DNA of 64,000 nucleotides from Escherichia coli (GTDB lineage Bacteria; Pseudomonadota; Gammaproteobacteria; Enterobacterales; Enterobacteriaceae): NCBI RefSeq assembly GCF_003790525.1, contig NZ_CP033635.1; one strand, 5' to 3'. Shown piece by piece: positions 58,182 to 64,000 of this stretch (position 1 is its first letter; each line of letters starts with the position of its first letter). The notes under the pieces were generated by a model. It saw only the letters and a program-made list of their open reading frames with translations, ran no database searches and was not told where the DNA came from. The position numbers and the translations under genes were made by a program.

Positions 58182-60128
58182 TTACTTTTTGATTTCATAC
58201 AGCGGCGTTTGACCCGCCACGACATGGCCCTGAGCTTTAATGATCAAGCCGCTGAAATCGTCGATATTGCTGCAAACCACCGGGCTAATCATCGAGCGGG
58301 CGTTTTCGTTCAGATAATCCAGATCCATTTCCAGAATCGGTTGCCCTGCGCTTACTTGCGCGCCCTCTTCCACCAGACGTTTAAAGCCTTTACCTTCCAG
58401 CGCTACGGTGTCGATACCCATATGGACGACAATCTCCGCGCCTTTTTCAGTTTCCAGGCAGAATGCGTGGTTGGTGTTGAAGATTTTCACGATAGTCCCT
58501 GCGGCTGGTGATACGACGATTTTATCTGTCGGTTTCACCGCCACACCGTCACCCACCGCTTTGCTGGCGAATGCTTCGTCAGGAACCTGATCCAGTGCCA
58601 CAACATCACCGGTAATCGGCGATACCAGCTCCGCGATAGATACTGCGTTTGGTACAGCCTGCGGTTTTGCTACAGGCGCGGCAGTTGCCGGAGCAGTTTC
58701 AGCAGAGGCAGCGGCTACCGGACCGCGGGCAACGACTTTCTTCATCGCATCGCCGATGGATTCTGCTTTCGCGCCAACAATCACCTGAATAGTCTGTTTG
58801 TTCAGTTTCACTACCCCAGAAGCACCCAGACGTTTACACATCGTATCGTTAACGCGGGCAGAGTCAGCCACTGTAAGGCGCAGACGGGTGATACAGGCGT
58901 CAATTGCTTTCAGGTTGTCAGTGCCGCCAACCGCAGCAATATAGTTGGTTGCCAGTTGATTGAGACCTTCTTCAGTATTGCTGTTAGCCTCTTCAGTAAC
59001 GATCTCGTCTTCTTTATCTTCACGACCTGGCGTTTTCAGGTTGAACATGCGGATAACCAAACTGAACACCACGAAGTAGATAGCGAAGAAGACAACCCCC
59101 ATCACCAGCAGCATCCAGACGTTCTGGCTGGCGGCCGGCAGGTTATACATCAACGCGTAGTCGATAGCCCCCGCAGAGAAAGAGAAGCCGGCATGGATAC
59201 CCAGCAACGTTGCCACAAACAGGCTGATACCGGTCAGCAGTGCGTGCAGGAGGTACAGCAGCGGTGCAAGGAACATGAACAGGAATTCCAGCGGCTCAGT
59301 CACACCGGTCAGGAACGCAGTAACAGCAACAGAAAGCAGCATCCCGCCAACCATCGGACGGCGCTCTTTCGGTGCTGCAAAGTACATCGCCAGCGCCGCA
59401 CCCGGCAGACCGAACATCATGATCGGGAAGAAGCCGGACATGAACATCCCCGCGGTGCCGTCACCGGCATAGAAGCGGTTGATGTCACCGTGAAAAACCG
59501 TACCCGCCGCGTTGGTGAATTCACCAATCTGGAACCAGGCGATGGTGTTCAGTACCTGATGCAGACCGGTTGGGATCAGCAGACGGTTGATGAAACCAAA
59601 GATACCGGAACCCAGCGCGCCCGCAGAAACGATCCACTCGCCGCCTGCATGGATAGCGTGCTGTACCGGCGGCCAGACGTAACCAAAAATGGCCGCCAGC
59701 ACCAGGCAGAAGAAGCCGGTGGCAATCGGCACAAAGCGTTTGCCGCCGAAGAAACTCAGGAAGTCCGGCAGTTTAATATCGGACCAACGGTTATAAGCTG
59801 CGCCACCAACCAGACCGGTAATGATACCCGCCAGTACACCCATGTTAATTTCTGGGTTGATGGTCACCATCGCTTTGGTTAACACAAAGTAACCTACCGC
59901 ACCCGCCAGTGCCGCCGCACCTGCGCTGTCTTTCGACCAGCTGGATGCCACACCGATGGCGAAGATTAATGCGAGGTTATCAAAAATCGCACCGCCCGCC
60001 TGGGCAATAAACGCAACGTTAAGTAAATCTGGCTGACCGAATCGCAGCAACAGCGCCGCCACCGGCAGCACCGCGATAGGGAGCTGTAACGCCCTACCGA
60101 GTCGCTGGAAAAAACCTAAAATATTCAT
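58182..60128 (-). CDS. nagE: PTS N-acetylglucosamine-specific EIICBA component
   Basis: 648-aa translation recognised as NagE. Confidence 0.96.
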   Translation of the reverse strand: MNILGFFQRLGRALQLPIAVLPVAALLLRFGQPDLLNVAFIAQAGGAIFDNLALIFAIGVASSWSKDSAGAAALAGAVGYFVLTKAMVTINPEINMGVLAGIITGLVGGAAYNRWSDIKLPDFLSFFGGKRFVPIATGFFCLVLAAIFGYVWPPVQHAIHAGGEWIVSAGALGSGIFGFINRLLIPTGLHQVLNTIAWFQIGEFTNAAGTVFHGDINRFYAGDGTAGMFMSGFFPIMMFGLPGAALAMYFAAPKERRPMVGGMLLSVAVTAFLTGVTEPLEFLFMFLAPLLYLLHALLTGISLFVATLLGIHAGFSFSAGAIDYALMYNLPAASQNVWMLLVMGVVFFAIYFVVFSLVIRMFNLKTPGREDKEDEIVTEEANSNTEEGLNQLATNYIAAVGGTDNLKAIDACITRLRLTVADSARVNDTMCKRLGASGVVKLNKQTIQVIVGAKAESIGDAMKKVVARGPVAAASAETAPATAAPVAKPQAVPNAVSIAELVSPITGDVVALDQVPDEAFASKAVGDGVAVKPTDKIVVSPAAGTIVKIFNTNHAFCLETEKGAEIVVHMGIDTVALEGKGFKRLVEEGAQVSAGQPILEMDLDYLNENARSMISPVVCSNIDDFSGLIIKAQGHVVAGQTPLYEIKK

Positions 60129-60249
60129 CTTATTCCCCCTACGAGAACCCTATTTGGCTCGTTTAAAGCCGTATTTTTATTTTGCTGCAAATTGTACTGC
60201 CGATGTTCTGTAATCAGATTGTTAGATCATCTGCTACAGAGTGTGTGAA

Positions 60250-60304
60250 AATTTAATTCGTATCGCAAATTAAACGCGTGTCTTTTGTGAGTTTTGTCAC
60301 CAAA
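60250..60304. promoter_or_regulatory. divergent nagE / nagBACD control region with a NagC operator and a CRP site
   Basis: Dyad AATTTAATTCGTATCGCAAATTAAA (NagC-type operator) and TGTGAGTTTTGTCAC (CRP consensus TGTGA-N6-TCACA) between the divergent nagE and nagB starts. Confidence 0.6.
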
Positions 60305-60460
60305 TATCGTTATCATCACTCCCTTTTACTGGCTAAACCAGAAAACTTATTTTATCATTCAAAAAATCAGGTCGGATTGACGCCTGTCTGCGCAAATCCA
60401 GGTTACGCTTAAAGATGCCTAATCCGCCAACGGCTTACATTTTACTTATTGAGGTGAATA

Positions 60461-62469
<2,009 letters not shown>

Positions 62470-62477
62470 GAGAAAGT

Positions 62478-63698
62478 ATGACACCAGGCGGACAAGCTCA
62501 GATAGGTAATGTTGATCTCGTAAAACAGCTTAACAGCGCGGCGGTTTATCGCCTGATTGACCAGTACGGGCCAATCTCGCGGATTCAGATTGCCGAGCAA
62601 AGTCAGCTTGCCCCCGCCAGCGTAACCAAAATTACGCGTCAGCTTATCGAACGCGGGCTGATCAAAGAAGTTGATCAGCAGGCCTCCACCGGGGGCCGCC
62701 GCGCTATCTCTATCGTCACCGAAACCCGCAATTTCCACGCAATCGGCGTACGGCTTGGTCGTCACGACGCCACCATCACTCTGTTTGATCTTAGTAGCAA
62801 AGTGCTGGCAGAAGAACATTACCCGCTGCCGGAACGTACCCAGCAGACGCTGGAACATGCCCTGCTGAATGCCATTGCTCAGTTTATTGATAGCTACCAG
62901 CGCAAGCTGCGCGAGCTGATCGCCATTTCCGTGATCCTGCCAGGGCTTGTTGACCCGGACAGCGGTAAAATTCATTACATGCCGCATATTCAGGTGGAAA
63001 ACTGGGGGCTGGTAGAAGCACTGGAAGAGCGTTTTAAAGTGACCTGTTTTGTCGGCCACGATATCCGCAGTCTGGCGCTGGCAGAGCACTACTTCGGTGC
63101 AAGTCAGGATTGCGAAGACTCCATTCTGGTGCGTGTCCATCGCGGAACCGGGGCCGGGATTATCTCTAACGGGCGAATTTTTATCGGGCGCAACGGCAAC
63201 GTCGGTGAAATTGGCCATATTCAGGTCGAACCGCTGGGTGAACGCTGCCACTGTGGCAACTTTGGCTGCCTGGAAACTATCGCCGCCAACGCTGCCATTG
63301 AACAACGGGTGTTGAATCTGTTAAAGCAGGGCTACCAGAGCCGCGTGCCGCTGGACGACTGCACCATCAAAACTATCTGCAAAGCCGCGAACAAAGGCGA
63401 TAGCCTGGCGTCGGAAGTGATTGAGTATGTCGGTCGTCATCTGGGCAAAACCATCGCCATTGCCATCAACCTGTTTAACCCGCAAAAGATTGTTATTGCC
63501 GGAGAAATCACCGAAGCCGATAAAGTGCTGCTCCCTGCTATTGAAAGCTGCATTAATACCCAGGCGCTGAAGGCGTTTCGTACTAATCTGCCGGTGGTAC
63601 GTTCTGAGCTGGATCACCGCTCGGCAATCGGCGCTTTTGCGCTGGTAAAACGCGCCATGCTCAACGGTATTTTGCTCCAGCATTTGCTGGAAAATTAA
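62478..63698 (+). CDS. nagC: N-acetylglucosamine repressor (ROK family)
   Basis: 406-aa translation recognised as NagC. Confidence 0.96.
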   Translation: MTPGGQAQIGNVDLVKQLNSAAVYRLIDQYGPISRIQIAEQSQLAPASVTKITRQLIERGLIKEVDQQASTGGRRAISIVTETRNFHAIGVRLGRHDATITLFDLSSKVLAEEHYPLPERTQQTLEHALLNAIAQFIDSYQRKLRELIAISVILPGLVDPDSGKIHYMPHIQVENWGLVEALEERFKVTCFVGHDIRSLALAEHYFGASQDCEDSILVRVHRGTGAGIISNGRIFIGRNGNVGEIGHIQVEPLGERCHCGNFGCLETIAANAAIEQRVLNLLKQGYQSRVPLDDCTIKTICKAANKGDSLASEVIEYVGRHLGKTIAIAINLFNPQKIVIAGEITEADKVLLPAIESCINTQALKAFRTNLPVVRSELDHRSAIGAFALVKRAMLNGILLQHLLEN

Positions 63699-63745
63699 TG
63701 TGCTTTTATAGTGGCGCTTATTGTTGTCAATATTCTGGGTAGTCC

Positions 63746-64000
63746 ATGACCATTAAAAATGTAATTTGCGATATCGACGGCGTGCTGATGCACGATAACG
63801 TCGCCGTACCGGGTGCAGCGGAATTTTTGCACGGGATTATGGATAAAGGCCTGCCGCTGGTGTTGCTGACCAACTATCCTTCGCAGACCGGGCAAGATCT
63901 GGCGAACCGCTTTGCCACTGCGGGTGTCGATGTGCCGGACAGCGTGTTTTATACCTCCGCGATGGCGACCGCCGATTTCCTGCGTCGCCAGGAAGGCAAG
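63746..64000 (+). CDS. nagD: UMP phosphatase (HAD superfamily), 5' part; continues beyond the window
   Basis: Open frame from ATG 63746 with no stop before the window end; translation MTIKNVICDIDGVLMHDN carries the HAD DxDG motif. Confidence 0.85.
   Translation, partial: MTIKNVICDIDGVLMHDNVAVPGAAEFLHGIMDKGLPLVLLTNYPSQTGQDLANRFATAGVDVPDSVFYTSAMATADFLRRQEGK

Overview
Enterobacterial (Escherichia coli-type) chromosome segment, in reverse orientation relative to the usual K-12 map. About 50 kb is conserved core: sucDCBA-sdhBADC (minus), gltA, abrB, nei, pxpACB, ybgI, dtpD, phr-ybgA, ybfA, kdpFABCDE, speFL-speF-potE, ybfP, pgm-seqA, ybfF, ybfE, fldA, uof-fur, chiQ-chiP, glnS, nagE and nagBACD. 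The first ~13.7 kb, beyond the sucD 3' end, is a low-GC accessory island. It carries a tightly coupled operon for coenzyme-B12-dependent glutamate mutase (S, L and E components) and methylaspartate ammonia-lyase, followed by two co-transcribed proteins of unknown function, a dicarboxylate/amino-acid symporter, a class I fumarase paralog, a BtuR-type corrinoid adenosyltransferase paralog and a convergent LysR regulator. At the window edge sit two uncharacterised low-GC genes (314 aa plus an acidic 140 aa partner). The most interesting candidates are the uncharacterised gene pair inside the methylaspartate cluster and the unknown pair at the window start. Other observations: a degenerate direct repeat of the kdpE 3' end flanking the speFL-speF-potE module, absence of an Rhs element at the ybfA/ybgA junction, and a fimbrial-subunit remnant between gltA and abrB. 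All gene identifications rest on recognising the translated ORFs from memory; no database search was run. No tRNA, rRNA, CRISPR array or intact IS element was recognised.
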